From: Camelus dromedarius
Lineage: Eukaryota
NCBI RefSeq assembly: GCF_036321535.1
Contig: NC_087437.1
Span: forward strand, 27,778,001 to 27,842,000
DNA length: 64,000 nt
Reading direction: 5' to 3'
Below the pieces are notes generated by a model. It had not been told where the DNA came from and ran no database searches. It saw only the letters and a program-made list of their open reading frames with translations. Each line of letters begins with the position of its first letter. Within the stretch, counting starts at the first letter, position 1. The position numbers were made by a program, and so were the translations under genes. Of this stretch, positions 13,425 through 26,018 are shown in pieces.

Positions 13425-13778
13425 TTTTTTTTTGTATATATATATATATATTTTTTATTGAAGTATAGTCAGTTTACAATGTTGTGTCAATTTCTGGTGT
13501 ACAGCATAATGTTTCAGTCATATATGAACATACATATATTCGTTTTCATGTTCTTTTTCACCATAAGTTATTACAAGAATTCTAATATAGTTCCCTGTGC
13601 TATACAGCATGAACTTGTTATTTATCTAGTCTATATATATCAGTCAGTATCTGCAAATCTCTAACTCCCAATTTATTCCCTCCAACCCCCCTCCCCGCTG
13701 GGTAACCACAAGCTTGTACTCTATGTTGAGAGTCTGTTTCTGTTTTGCAAATAACTTCATTTGTCTTTTTGTTTTTTG
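13425..13778 (-). mobile_element. Young 5'-truncated LINE-1 3' end nested in the L1 5'UTR
   Basis: 16-bp TSD aggcatcccaactttt (13409-13424 and 13779-13794), poly-T/TA tail. Same subfamily as 41296-41712. Confidence 0.9.
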
Positions 13779-14569
13779 AGGCATCCCAACTTTTAAGACC
13801 TGCCCCTGAGAGACGAGCCTCCAAAACATACAGCTTTGAAAGCCAAGAGGACTTGTATCCACAAGGCCCACAAGCTCCAGTGAACAGTTCCTTCAGGGCT
13901 TGCACAGACTTACCTGGCTATCCCTCAATGACCAAAGCAGAGGCAGCTGACTGAAACGCACTCAGTCGTCCTGTGAAAGAGGCCTATTTGCTTATCTTCA
14001 TAACTACGGCCTGAGAAGCAGGCTTCTAACTAAAAGTACATCTAAAGGCCTACTATAATCCTCTCCAGAGGCTTCGGACAGTGGGTACTATTTTCACCTT
14101 CTCCCTCTGCCTCACTGCCGGTCACCAGTATCTATTAGAAAGGAACTTGTGCACACATACAGTGCCCTGTTTACAGCTGCCACCCAGGGAACATCCCTTG
14201 GTCACCTGGCTCTCGTGGCTAGCAGGGCTTCTGTTTGTAGGTCCCAGAACACTGTAACAAATGGACAAACAGTTCTTAATGACTGCACAGCACAGAGGCA
14301 GCAAACTAAAACACACCCCAGTCTTCCTGTGAAAGAGGCCTATTAGCTTGTCTTCCTAGCTGTGGTCTGAGGTGCATACTTAAACACAGATCTGAGGGCT
14401 AACTACAGTCCTCTCCAGAGACTAGGGAGGCAGAGGGAGGCACCCTAGTGCAGAGGGGTGCCTCCCTCTGCCCTAACCCAGGTTGCTGGTATCTCTGAAA
14501 AAGGAACTTGTGTACATATCTGGTGACCTGCTTTTTGTAGCTGCCTCCAGAAGACACATCCCTTGATGG

Positions 14570-15043
14570 TGCGAATGAAAAATATTGCAAATCATATCAG
14601 TAAACAAAGAATGCTGAAACCATCAAGTCTTCAGCTGCGGTTGGCACCCCCCAGTGAAGACAAGCCTGCAGCCCAGCCTCTGCAGCCACTCACAATGGCG
14701 TACCCTGAGGGGACTCAGAATAAGAAAGGACAGGATACTGGCGCTAGATAGCTAGGAGCTTGTCAAAGGAATGAATTCAGTGAGCCCATATGTTTGCTTC
14801 CTCCCATACATAGAATAGCACTAAATTCTTTAACTTGGGGTGACTTTTCCTTAGATAACAAGTAATCTTTTATTGTTCCAACTACTCAATCTTTGTTGTA
14901 AAGCTCCTATATCCTAGCTCCTCCCCTACCTCTTCGGAGCAGTCCCTCAGAGCGATCTGAGAGGCTGTCATCCTGGCTCAAGTCCTCCTGCCAAATAAAA
15001 CATAACTCTCAACTTTCAGGCTGCGCATTTATTTCAGTCGACG
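14570..15043 (+). mobile_element. ERV1-class solo LTR nested in the L1 5'UTR
   Basis: Inverted termini tgcgaatgaaa ... tttcagtcgacg. 4-bp TSD atgg (14566-14569 and 15044-15047). aataaa at ~14994. Host L1 monomer sequence resumes after it. Confidence 0.8.
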
Positions 15044-16867
15044 ATGGCCTAAATTTGGTGGCCGGTGGGGCTTTGTGTTTACAGATTCAGCAGGATGGTA
15101 GCAAACAACACAACAGTTCTTAACTGCTGTTACTCCAGGGCTCAATGCAAAGGGAGTAGACAGAAATGCCCATCTCACAGTCTTTCTCTTAAAGAGTTAC
15201 ATTTGCATACTTTAAAACCTGCTGCCTGAGGGTCTGGCTTCTAGTCAGCCCGAATCTAGATGCCTAATGAAATATTTCTCTTTGGGACACTGACAGGTCT
15301 TTGCACACCCTTGACTACTTCAAGCCACTAAGGACAAAGTTGGCTGCTTGGGTAAGCAGAGTTTTGAGAGACAATCAAGAGCCAACAGGGTTGACCATCT
15401 ATATGAGGCCACTCCTTTAAGACTGGAAGAGGTGGTTGTTTTAGCTAATGCAGAGAAACCAAAACAGAGGGGGAGGAAAATGAAGAAAAAGAGGAATATA
15501 TTTCAAACAAAGGAACAAGATAAAACCACAGAAAAAGACCTTAATGGAGATAAGTGATTTACATGATAAAGAGTTTAAAATGATGGTCATCAAGATACTC
15601 ACTGAGCTCAGGAGAAGAGTGGGTGAACAGAGTGAGAATTTCAGCAAAGAAACAGAAAATATAAGAATGGACCAAATTGAATTCAGAGCTGAAGAATGCA
15701 GTATCTGAACTGAAAGAATACACTAGAAGGGTTCAACAACAGACTGGATGAAGCAGAAGAATGGATCCACAAACTTGAAAATGGTAATTGAACTCACCCA
15801 GTCAGAGAAGCATAAAGAAAAAAGAATGAAAAAAGTGAAGGCAATTTAAGGCAATTAAGTGCAGAAAGAAAAGTTTTTAAGCAAGTGCTGAAAGAAAAGT
15901 TTTCCCAACAAGTAAAAACTAAAGGAGTTCATTAACATTAGACTGGCCTTACAAGAAATATTACAGGAACTTCTTTAAATTGAAAAGAAGTTAGTAACAA
16001 GAAAAACATATGAAAGTATAACTCTTTCTGGTAAAGTTAAATACATAGTAAAATTCAGAACAACCTAATGTTGTAAAGGTGGTGAGTTAATCACCTATAG
16101 TGCTAGTATGAAGACTGAAAGATAAAAGTAGTAATAACTAACACTAGAAAGATTTGTTAATGGATACACAAGATAAAAAGATATAAACTGTGATGTCTAA
16201 AATGAAATGTGAGGGGATAGAGTAAAAATGTAGAGCTTTAGAATGCATTCAGACTTAAGGTGTTACAAACTTAAAAGAGACAATTATGAATACAAATTGT
16301 TTTATATAAGCCACGTGGTAACCACAAAGCAAAACCCTGTGATAAATACAGAAAAGAGAAAGAGAAAGGAGTCTAAGCATAGCACTAAGAAAATCATCCA
16401 TTCACAAAGAATAACATACTAAATTGTCCAATCAAATGACACATAGTAGTTGAATGGCTGAAAAACAAACAAACAAACAAAATCAACAAGACCCATCTAG
16501 AAGCTGCCTATCAGAGACTCACTTCAGATGTTAAGGACACACAGAGACTTAAAATGAAGGGATAGAAATAGATATTCCATGCAAATACAAACCAAGAGAG
16601 GCTAGGGTAGTTATACTTGTATCAGAAAAAAATAGATTTCAAGACAAAGACTGTAATAAGAGACAAAGAAAGCCATTATCTAATAATAAATGGGCCAATC
16701 CAACAAGAGGCTATAGGATTTGTAAGTATTTATACATCCAACATTGGATCCCTTAATATGTAAAGCAAATTATTAACAGATCTAAAGGGAGAAATAGACA
16801 ACAATACAGTGATATTAGGGGACTTAACAGTCGACTTTTCTTCAATAAATAGATAGTCCAGACCAAA

Positions 16868-16898
<31 letters not shown>

Positions 16899-19800
16899 GA
16901 AATCAGTAAGGACACATTGGCCTTAATACACCAGATACACTTAACAGACACATACAGAAAATTCCACCTAAAAACAATAGAATATACATCTTCTCAAGAG
17001 CACATGGTACATTCTCTAGGATAGATCATATATTAGCCCACAAAATAAGTCTTAATAAATTTAAGATTAAAATCATATCAATAATCTTTTTTGATCACAA
17101 CATTAATGAAACTAAAAATCAATTACAAGAAGAAAACTGGAAAATTCACAAATATGTGGAGATTAAACACATGCTACTGAAACAACAAATGGGTCAAAGA
17201 AAAAATCAAAAAGGAAATAAAAAAATATCTTGAGAGAAATTAAAATGAAAATACCACACACTAAAATTATAAGCTGCAGCAAAAGCAGTTCTAAATGTCT
17301 TCATCAAGAAACATCTCAAATAAGCAACTTAACTTTATACCTCAAGGAATTAGATAGAGAACAAAGTTAGTAGAAAAGGAAACAAACATGGAGTGAAAAT
17401 AAATGAAATAGAAATTAAAAAAACAGAAAAGATCAATAAAATTAAAAGCTGGCTGTTTGAAAAGATAAACAAAGTAGACAAACCTCTAGGTAGACTCATA
17501 GAAAGAGAGGACTGATACATAAAACCAAAGTAGAAGAGGAGACATTATAACTGATACCACAGACACAAAGGATCATGAAAGACTACTCTGAACAATTATA
17601 CACCAACAAATTGGACAACTTAGAAGAAATGAATAAAAGCCTAGAAATATACCACCTACCAAGACTGAATCTTGAAATATAGAAAATCTAAACAGACCAA
17701 TTCCTAGTAAGGATATTGAATCAGTAATCAAAAAAAACTCTTAACAACAAAAGTCCAGGATGTGATGGTGTCACTGGTGAATTCCACCAAAAATTTAAAG
17801 AAAAATTAATACTAATCCTTCTCAAACTCTTTCAAAAAATAGAAAAGAAGGAACCAATCTAAACTTACTTTATGAGGCAATTACCACCCAGAAACCAAAC
17901 CCAGAGAAGGACCCTACAAGAGAAGAAAATTATAGGTCAATATCCCTGATGGACATAGATGCAAACATCTCCAACAAAATATTAGCAAACCAAATTCAAC
18001 AATACATTAAAAGGATCATGCACCACAACCAACTGGGATTTATTCCAAGGATGCAGTAATGGTTCAACATTCACAAAAATCAATGTGATATAACACATTA
18101 ATAAAGTGAAGAATAAAAACTATATGATCATCTCAGCAGATGCAGAAAAAGACTGACAAAATTCAACATCCATTTATAATAAAAACTCTCAACAAAGTGG
18201 GCAAAGAGGGAATGTACTTCAACATAACAAAGGACATATATGACATAGCCCACAGCTAACATCATACTCAAAAGTTATAAGCTGAAACCCTTTCCTCTAA
18301 GATCAGAAACAAGAATGGTGACTCTCAACACTCTTATTCAACATAGTGTTCAAAGTCCTAGCCACAGCAAGCAGACAAGAAAAAGAAGTAAAAGTCACCC
18401 AAATCAGAAAGGAAGAATTAAAACTGTCACTATTTGCAGATGACATATTATAGAAAATCCAAAAAACTATTAAAATAACTAAATTCAGTAAAGTTTCAGG
18501 ATACAAAATCAATATACAAAAATGTTGCATTTCTATATCCCAAGAATCAAAAAGAGAAATTAAGAAAACGATCCCATTTACAATTGCACTAAAAAGAATA
18601 AGATATTCTGGTATAAAATTAACCAAAAAGGTGAAAGACCTGTACACTGAAACTGATAAGACACTGATGAGATCGCAGATGACACAAATAAATGGAAAGA
18701 CACTCAATGGCCATGGATTAGAATATTGCTCAAATGTCCACACGAGCCAAAGTGACCTGCAGATAAAACGCAACCCTTATCAAATTCCAGTGGCATTTTC
18801 ACAGGGATAGAACAACCCTAAAATTTGCTTTGAACCACAAAAGACCCCAATAGCTTAAGCAATTCTGAGAAAGAACAGTGCTGGAGGCGTTGTGCTTCCT
18901 AATTTCTAATCCTATTACAAACTATAGTAATCAAAACAGAATGGTCCTGGCATAAAAACAGACACATAGATCAATGGAAGAGAACAGAGAGCCCATAAAT
19001 AAACTCACATGTATCTGGGCAATTAGTCTGCAAGAAATGAGGCAAGAATACACAATGGGGAAAAGACAGCCTCTTCAGTAAATGGTATTGGGAAAACTGG
19101 ACAGCTACTTGTAAAAGAATGAACCTAGAGCACTATCCTACACAAACACAAAAATAAACTCAAAATGGATGAAAGACTCGAATGCAGAACATGAAACCAT
19201 AAAACTCGTATAAAAAAAACAGGCAGTGAGCCTTGACATTGGTCTTGATTGTTTGGATGTGACACCAAAAGCAAAAACAAAAGTAAAAATAAGCAAGTGG
19301 GACGGCATCAAACCGAGATGCTTCTGCACAGCAAAGGAAACCATCAACAAAATTAAAAGGCAAACGATAAAATGGGAGCAAATATTTGCAAATCATTTAT
19401 TGGATAAGGGCTTAACATATCTTAACATCCAAAATACATAAAAAACTTATACAATTCATTAGCAAAAAACCCAAACAATCTGATTAAAAAATTGGCAATG
19501 GGTTTGAATAGACATTTTTCCAAAGAAGATATACAGATGGCCAACAGGTACATAAAAAGATGCTAAATACCACTAGTCATCAGAGAAATGCAAATCAAAA
19601 CCACAATGAGATATCACTTCAGGCGTTAGAAAAGCTATTATTAAAAAAGACAAGAAATGACAAATGTTTGTGAGAATGTGGAGAAAAAGGAACCCTCATG
19701 CACTGTTGGTGGGAATATATATTGGTGCAGCCACTGTGGAGAACAGTGTGGAGGTTCTTCAAAAAGTTAAATATAGAACTACCATATGATCCAGCAATTC

Positions 19801-19948
19801 CACTTGTGGGTATTTATCCAAAGGAAATAAAAACACTAACTGGAAAAGTTATCTGCACTCCCCCGTTCACTGCAGCATTATTGACAGTAGTCAAGATATG
19901 AAAACAATCTAAGTGTCCACTGATGGATAAATGGATTAAAAAAAAGTG

Positions 19949-20057
19949 ATATATATATATACGTATATATATATATATATGTGTATATATATATATATAC
20001 ATATATATATATACACACACACTCCTCTCTCTTTATATATATATATATACACACACA
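19949..20057. repeat. (TA)n/(CA)n compound microsatellite in the L1 3' region
   Basis: Direct observation. Confidence 0.95.
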
Positions 20058-21209
20058 ATGAAATATTATTTAGCCATAAATAGAATATCTTGCCACATTG
20101 ATGGATATTAAGGACATTAAGCTAAGTGAAATGTCAGAGAGAAAAAGACAAATACTGTTTATGACCTCACTTTATGTGGAATCTTAAAAACAAACCAAAA
20201 AACAAACCAAACTCATAGACACAAAGAAGCGACTAGTGGTTGCCAGAAGTGATGGGTGAGGGGTGGGTAAAATGAGTGAAGGGGTCAAAAGGTACAAAGT
20301 TCCAGTTATAAAATAAGTCCTGGAGATGTAATTTACAGCATGGTTACTATATAGTTAATGATACTGCATCATATATTTGAAAACTGCTACGCTAAGAGAA
20401 TAGATCTTCGAACTTCTCATCACAAAAAGAAAAAAACTGTAACCATATGCAGTGAAGGACATTAACTAGACTTACTGTGGTGATCATTTCACATTATACA
20501 AATACTGAATGCGATACACCTGAATTTAATATAATGATATGTGTCAATTATATCCCAATTTAAAAAAAGGCCTGGGGCCCTTTTCTTAATGGAAAGCACC
20601 TGAATGGTTGTTTGTTTGTTTGCTTTATTTTTTTATTCTCCCTCACTTAAATAATGATGTTATAATTGGAATGAGAAATCTAAATCTATGTGAAATACTA
20701 GAATATAAAAGTAAAAAAAAAAAAAAAAGACCATCTAGCTCTTATATTAAACAAGCACAATCAACAAGCCTCTGACGCTGTTTTCCTGTTAACATTGCTG
20801 GCAGCAGAACCTGAAAGTTTCCAGAAAGAAAATTTGATAGAAAGTGTCCATGATACAAACGCTGATTTAAGAACATTACCCTTTTGATCACCCAAGTGTA
20901 ACACATAAAATGTTTGCTAATTGAATTTACATGCCATATGAAAAATGCGAGTTACATCTTGGACTCTGAAAACCATTATAATGATATCACATACAGTATG
21001 GGTTCAGGGAACGAGAAATGGGATTAGGACTGAACATATATTACAGGGACTGTTAATGACAACAAATGGAAATATTTTGCAGAACAGTAACACTTCAGCT
21101 TTCATTGGCATTTGAAGGGGCACAATAGAGAGCAAACTTTTTTCTTCTGCCAGTGTTCTTTTAAAAAAAATGGGATAGAAACAAAAATTGCAGGCTGATA
21201 GGAGAAAAA

Positions 21210-21612
21210 TCTCACGCCTATTGGAAAGGGGCGTAGATATTGCTAAGAGCGTACCTGGTGGTACAGACTCGTAGAACTAGGGACTGACTTAACTCTTACC
21301 TTGTCCTGGCTGAGTTCATATGAGACCACAGAAGAGTCACAAGTCACAAGCAGTCCTCAAAACGGATGGCTTCCTCGCCGTGGAGGCTTGCTCCTGCAAC
21401 CTGGAAGGAGACTCAGAATGAGAACTTCCTTGAGCCCGCCCTCAAAAGGAAGGGGAGGAGCCAAGACCTGCCAGGTTCTTTGTCTCAAGTTCATCATCTA
21501 GGTAAATTCACTCCACCTGGAGTTTGCGTGCTACGGGCCGAGCACGAGACTGCTGCCTAGAGAACTAAGACCTCCTCATAAAAACCAGAGAAAGAGCAAA
21601 TTGTTTTCCGCT
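21210..21612. promoter_or_regulatory. Possible weak CpG-rich promoter/enhancer
   Basis: About a dozen CpGs in ~400 bp of apparently non-repetitive sequence, inverted CCAAT (attgg ~21220), GC boxes (ggggcgt, cccgccc), donor-like ctag|gtaaat at 21501. Confidence 0.3.
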
Positions 21613-21902
21613 CAAGTTTTTTTTTTTTAAACACTTTTTGGCTTAGAATGTCTTTACATATTCGATTCCTTCCCAAACTCTAGATGGTAAGCAGGGCACA
21701 TATGATCCCTCTTTTTGTAGTTCAGAACTTGAGATGCCTCACAGTCACTTGAAACTCATTACATCAAAATGAATCTGTAATTTGGCACCCACCCTCCCCC
21801 AACACCTAACAGGTTGTTCCTCTAATACTCAGATAATGAGGAGTAATCCTTGATGATTCTCAGGTTATAATCCTTTCACTTAGAATTTTTTCAACAGCCT
21901 TT

Positions 21903-21944
21903 TATCTATCTATCTATCTATCTATCTATCATCTATCTATCTAT
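21903..21944. repeat. (TATC)n microsatellite
   Basis: Direct observation. Confidence 0.95.
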
Positions 21945-22197
21945 GGGAGAAGAGGAGCAGTAAGGGAATTCAGAGTGTTACCTGTGTTACCTGAGTGAAA
22001 CTGGCAGAACCTGTGTTAGCTCCAGTCCTAGTGACACAAGTGATAAGTTCCTTGTTCCCTTAGCTGGGTGTCAGTAACATCATTTTACGGGTGGAAGTGA
22101 GGAAGACTTTTTAAAAATGAATGCACACATCATAAGCATAGCACTAAATGAATTTTTATAAAGGAATCCCACCTGCAACAACAAAGCAACATAGTTT

Positions 22198-22199
<2 letters not shown>

Positions 22200-22232
<33 letters not shown>

Positions 22233-22314
22233 GTCAATGGAGGCACTGGGGATTGAATCCAGGAGCTCATGCATACTAAGCATGTGCTCTACTACTGAGC
22301 TATTACCCTCCTCC
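22200..22314 (-). mobile_element. tRNA-derived SINE (vic-1-like) with long poly-A tail
   Basis: Minus strand ggagggtaatagctcagtagtagagcac...ggattcaatcccca followed by ~32 A. Confidence 0.85.
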
Positions 22315-22319
22315 AAGTT

Positions 22320-22900
22320 TAAAAATTTTTTAACAGAAGTGTAAAATAAACACAGAAAAGCATATATATCTTTTAAATGAGCAGCTCAATTAAGTTTTCA
22401 AAAATTGAACATGTGAACAACCAACACAAAAAGCAAAACATTACCATCTCTTCTGATCTCTTGTTCCCTTCTGGTCACTCCCACACAAGAGTAACTATCT
22501 GAACTTCTAAGAGAATTTATTCATTTTTCAACTCTTTATGAATGGGATCATACAGTATGTACTCCTGTGTCTGGCTTCTTCTGCTTCACATTATTTTTGT
22601 GAGGTGTATCCATATTACTGTGTGTATTTGTAGATCATCCATTCTCATTAGTGCATTGGAATATGTTGTGTGAATATACCTGTTTAGTTTTCAGTTTTAC
22701 TTTTGGTAGCATCTGGGTAGTTTACAATTTGGAGCTATTATGAATAGTACTGATGTGAACATTCTTGCTCAATATCTTTCAGGGTACAAATGTACTTACT
22801 TCTCCTGGGTTTATGTCTAGAGTGGTATTCTGGCTCAGAGGCATGCAACTGTTTGGCATTTGTAGGTGCTAGCCATTTTCTACAGTGTTCACTAATTTAT
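22320..22900 (-). mobile_element. Old L1M 3'-end fragment
   Basis: gggatcatacagtatgtactcctgtgtctggcttctt...gctattatgaatagtactgatgtgaacattcttg is typical of the antisense 3' end of old L1. Confidence 0.7.
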
Positions 22901-22983
22901 ACTTGCATCATATTACATAAGACTTCCGGTTGCTTGACATACTCACAAGCTGTTGTGGTGGCCCCCCAAAATGTCCACATCTT

Positions 22984-25900
22984 TTTAAATAGACTTTTTT
23001 TTTCAGAGCAGTTTCAGGTTTATAGAATTGAGCAGAAAATACAGAGTTCCCACATAGCCCTCCCCCACCCACACATATATATTCCCCTACCTTCAACAGC
23101 CCTCATCAGTGTGGCATATTTGGTACAATCGATGAACCAACATGGGCACATTATTATCAACCAAAGTCCACAGTTTACATTAGGGTTCACTCTTGCTGTT
23201 GTACATTCTATGGGTTTTGACAAATGCATAGTGACATGTAGCCACCACTATAGTATCACACAGAATAATTTCATTGCCCTAAAAATCCCTTGTGTCCCAT
23301 CTAATCATTCCTCCCTCCCTCCCTCTCCCCAAACCACTGGAAACCACGATCTACTTATTGTTTCTATAGCTGTGCCTTTTCCAGAATGTCATTTGGTTGG
23401 AATCGTACAGATTGTAGCCTTTTCAGACTGGCTTCTTTCATTTAGTAATATGTCTTTTAAGTTTCTTCCATGTCTTTCATGGCTTGATAGGTCTTTTTTA
23501 TTTTTGCTGCACATATATTTTTTGATTTACATTTATGTACTGTTCATTGTTTCCAAGGTTTAGAGCTTTAGCTTTTTAAACTTACATAGTTATCAAAGGA
23601 ATGAAGCGAACCACAAAATAAGAATTAACTAAAAAAATCCATACACCCTGCTATTATTTATTTAGCAACATTATTTATAATTGCCAAGATATGGAAGCAC
23701 CTTAAGTGCACATCAATAGTTGAATGGATAATGGAGATGAAATATATATATGTAATGAAATACAACTCACCCATAAGAAAGAAGGATATTTTGCCATTTG
23801 CAGCCCTTCATTTTTTTTTTCTCTTCAAAAACCAGAATTTTATAACCAGCATAAACATTTCCATTACATCAAAAACAATGAAACACCTAGAAATAAACTT
23901 AACCAAGGAGGTTACCTATACTCTGAAAACTAAAATGACACAAAGAAATGGAAAGATTTCTTGTGCTCTTGGATTGGAAGAATCAACACTATCAAAATGG
24001 CCACACTACCCAAAGCAATCCACAGATCCAATGCAACCCCCATCAAAATACTCAAGATTCCTCACAGAACTAGAACAAACAATTCCAAAATTTATAAGGA
24101 ACCACAAAAGACCCCGAACTGCCAAAGCAATCTTTTGTAGGTTTTTTTTTTCCCTCTTTCTTCTTTTTGTTCTCTTTTCTTATGGCTTGATGACTAGAGA
24201 AGGTCCTTCAATATTTGTTGTAAGGCTGGTTTGGTGGTGCTGAAATCTTTTAGCTTTTATTTATCTGTGAAGCTTTTGATTTCTCCATCAAGTCTGAACG
24301 AGAACCTTGCTGGATAGAGTATTTTTGGTTGTTAAGTTTCCTCTTTCATCACTTTAAATATATCTTGCCACTCCCTTCTGGCTGTAGAGTTTCTGCTGAA
24401 AAATCAGCTGATAACCTTATGGGAGTTCCCTTGTATGTTATTTGTTGCTTTTCTCTTGCTAATTTTAATATTTTCTCCTTATCCTTAGTTGCTGACAGTT
24501 TGATGACTATGTGCCTTGGTGTGTTCCTCTTTAGGTTGATTCTGTGTGGTACTCTCTGTGCTTCCAGGACTTGGGTGACTGTTTCCTTTCCAAAGTTGGG
24601 GAAGTTTTCGGTTATTATCTCTCCAAAAATTTTCTCAGGTCCTTTCTCTCTCTCTTCTCTTTCTGGGACTCCTATAATGTGAATATTAGAGCGCTTCGAG
24701 TTATCCCAGAGTTCTCTTAAACTATCCTCATTCCTTTTTATTATTTTTTCTTCTTTCTGTTCTTAAGTAGTGATTTCCACTAATCTGTCTTTTAGCTCAC
24801 TGATCTGTTCTTCTGCCTCGTTTAGTCTATTCTTGGTTCCTTCCAGTGTATTGTTCATTTCAGGGATTTTATTCTTCAACTCTGTTCGGGTATTCTTTAT
24901 ATTTTCCAACCCTTTGCTAAAAACTTTGCTAAAAACTTCACTCTGTGCATCTATACTCCTCTTGAGCTCTCGGAACATCTTGGCCATCATTACTTTAAAC
25001 TTTCTCAGATAAATTACCTATCTCCTTATCACTTATTTCTTCTTCTGGGATTTTATCTTGTGCCTTAGCCTGGGAGATATTCCTTTGCCACCTCATATCT
25101 ATCTTTCTATGTGTTTGTGGATTCCTTCCACAGATTTTCGGATTATTGTTTTCTTATTTCTAGTATCTTCCCCTGGTGGATGAGGCTGGACTAGAGGCTT
25201 ATACAGGTTTCCTGGCAGGAGGAGCCAATGCCTGCCCACTGCTGGGTGAAACTTGGTCCTGGAACTCTTGGTGGGTAGGGCCTTGTCTAGAGGTGTTTGT
25301 GGCTTGGGAAGTCTGCTGATGGGTGTGGCTGTGTTCCCACCCTTTACCTTGTTTGGCCTGAGGCTTCCCTACAGGCTGTTGGGTGAGGCTAGGTCTTGGT
25401 GCTAATGATCCAATCAAGGTGTCAGCCTCCAGGAAAGCTCATGTAGATGAACACTCCCAGAATGTCCACCACCAGCTTTTATGTCCCCTGAGTGGGCTGC
25501 AGCTGTCCCCCACATCCTCAGGAGACCCTCCAAATACAGCAGGCAGGCCTGGTCCAGGTTCCGATGAAATCACTGCCTCTGCCCTTGGACCTGGCACACA
25601 CAAAATTCCATGTATGCTTCCCAAGGGAATGGAATCCCTGTTTCCCCTAGGCCCATGAGGCTCCCAGAGCCAAGCCCCCCGAGCCAAGCCCCCCTGGCCT
25701 TCAAAACCAGATGTCCTGGGGTCTCCTTCTCTTCCCAATGCCAGAACCCGGGCTAGGGAGCCTACCCAGAGGTTATGGGGCCCAATTATATTGCGAGCAT
25801 GCCCCTCCTACCATCCTGCTGTGGTTCCCTCTTTATGTTTCCAGTTGCAGAAGATCTTTTTTGCTAGGTTCCACTCTTTTTTTCCTGATGATTGTTTAGC

Positions 25901-26018
25901 ATTCAGCTGTGGTTTCGTTGTAGTCGTGAGGAGAGGCAAGCTCGTGGTCCTACCACTCTGCCATATTGACCAGAACTCGAAATCATTTTTTTTTTTAGCA
26001 GATTCCTTTCTGTGATTT
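22984..26018 (-). mobile_element. Composite ORF1-only (half-L1-like) retroelement, copy 2, collinear full-length form
   Basis: Perfect 18-bp TSD ccaaaatgtccacatctt (22966-22983 and 26019-26036), TT/AAGA cut site. Minus-strand order: L1 5'UTR (~25975-25097), ORF1 (25096-24194), antisense ORF2 piece, antisense L1 3' piece, young L1 3'UTR piece, old L1M 3' end. Confidence 0.9.
24194..25096 (-). pseudogene. Degraded full-length L1 ORF1 (RNA-binding protein) inside composite copy 2
   Basis: ATG at 25096. Coiled-coil peptide ELKNKIPEMNNTLEGTKNRLNEAEEQISELKDRLVEIT. C-terminus FSTTKPALQQILKDLL then TAG at 24194-24196. Disrupted by stops and frameshifts. Confidence 0.85.

Larger units (their letters stand above)
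13124..20570 (+). mobile_element. Near full-length degraded LINE-1: tandem-monomer 5'UTR, internally deleted ORF1 (~15480-15980), ORF2 (~16410-19950), 3'UTR and A tail
   Basis: 5' start ttcaaaatggc. RT motif ctatttgcagatgacat (LFADD) at ~18430. C-terminal [35 protein letters not shown]. Possible TSD aaaaagcctg / aaaaaggcctg. Confidence 0.92.

Noticed and set aside
22790..23563. 257-aa plus-strand ORF
   Set aside because: It is an antisense reading of L1M 3' sequence and crosses the TSD junction. The paralogous region in copy 1 is split across frames. No recognisable protein.
25135..25740. Splicing as the cause of the ~600-bp 5'UTR loss in copy 1
   Set aside because: No canonical GT donor or polypyrimidine-AG acceptor at the breakpoints on the element's sense strand.
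1140..26018. Segmental duplication or assembly artefact as the explanation of the two composite copies
   Set aside because: The copies have different TSDs and unrelated flanks, about 10% divergence, reciprocal indels, and a 5' inversion confined within one TSD pair.
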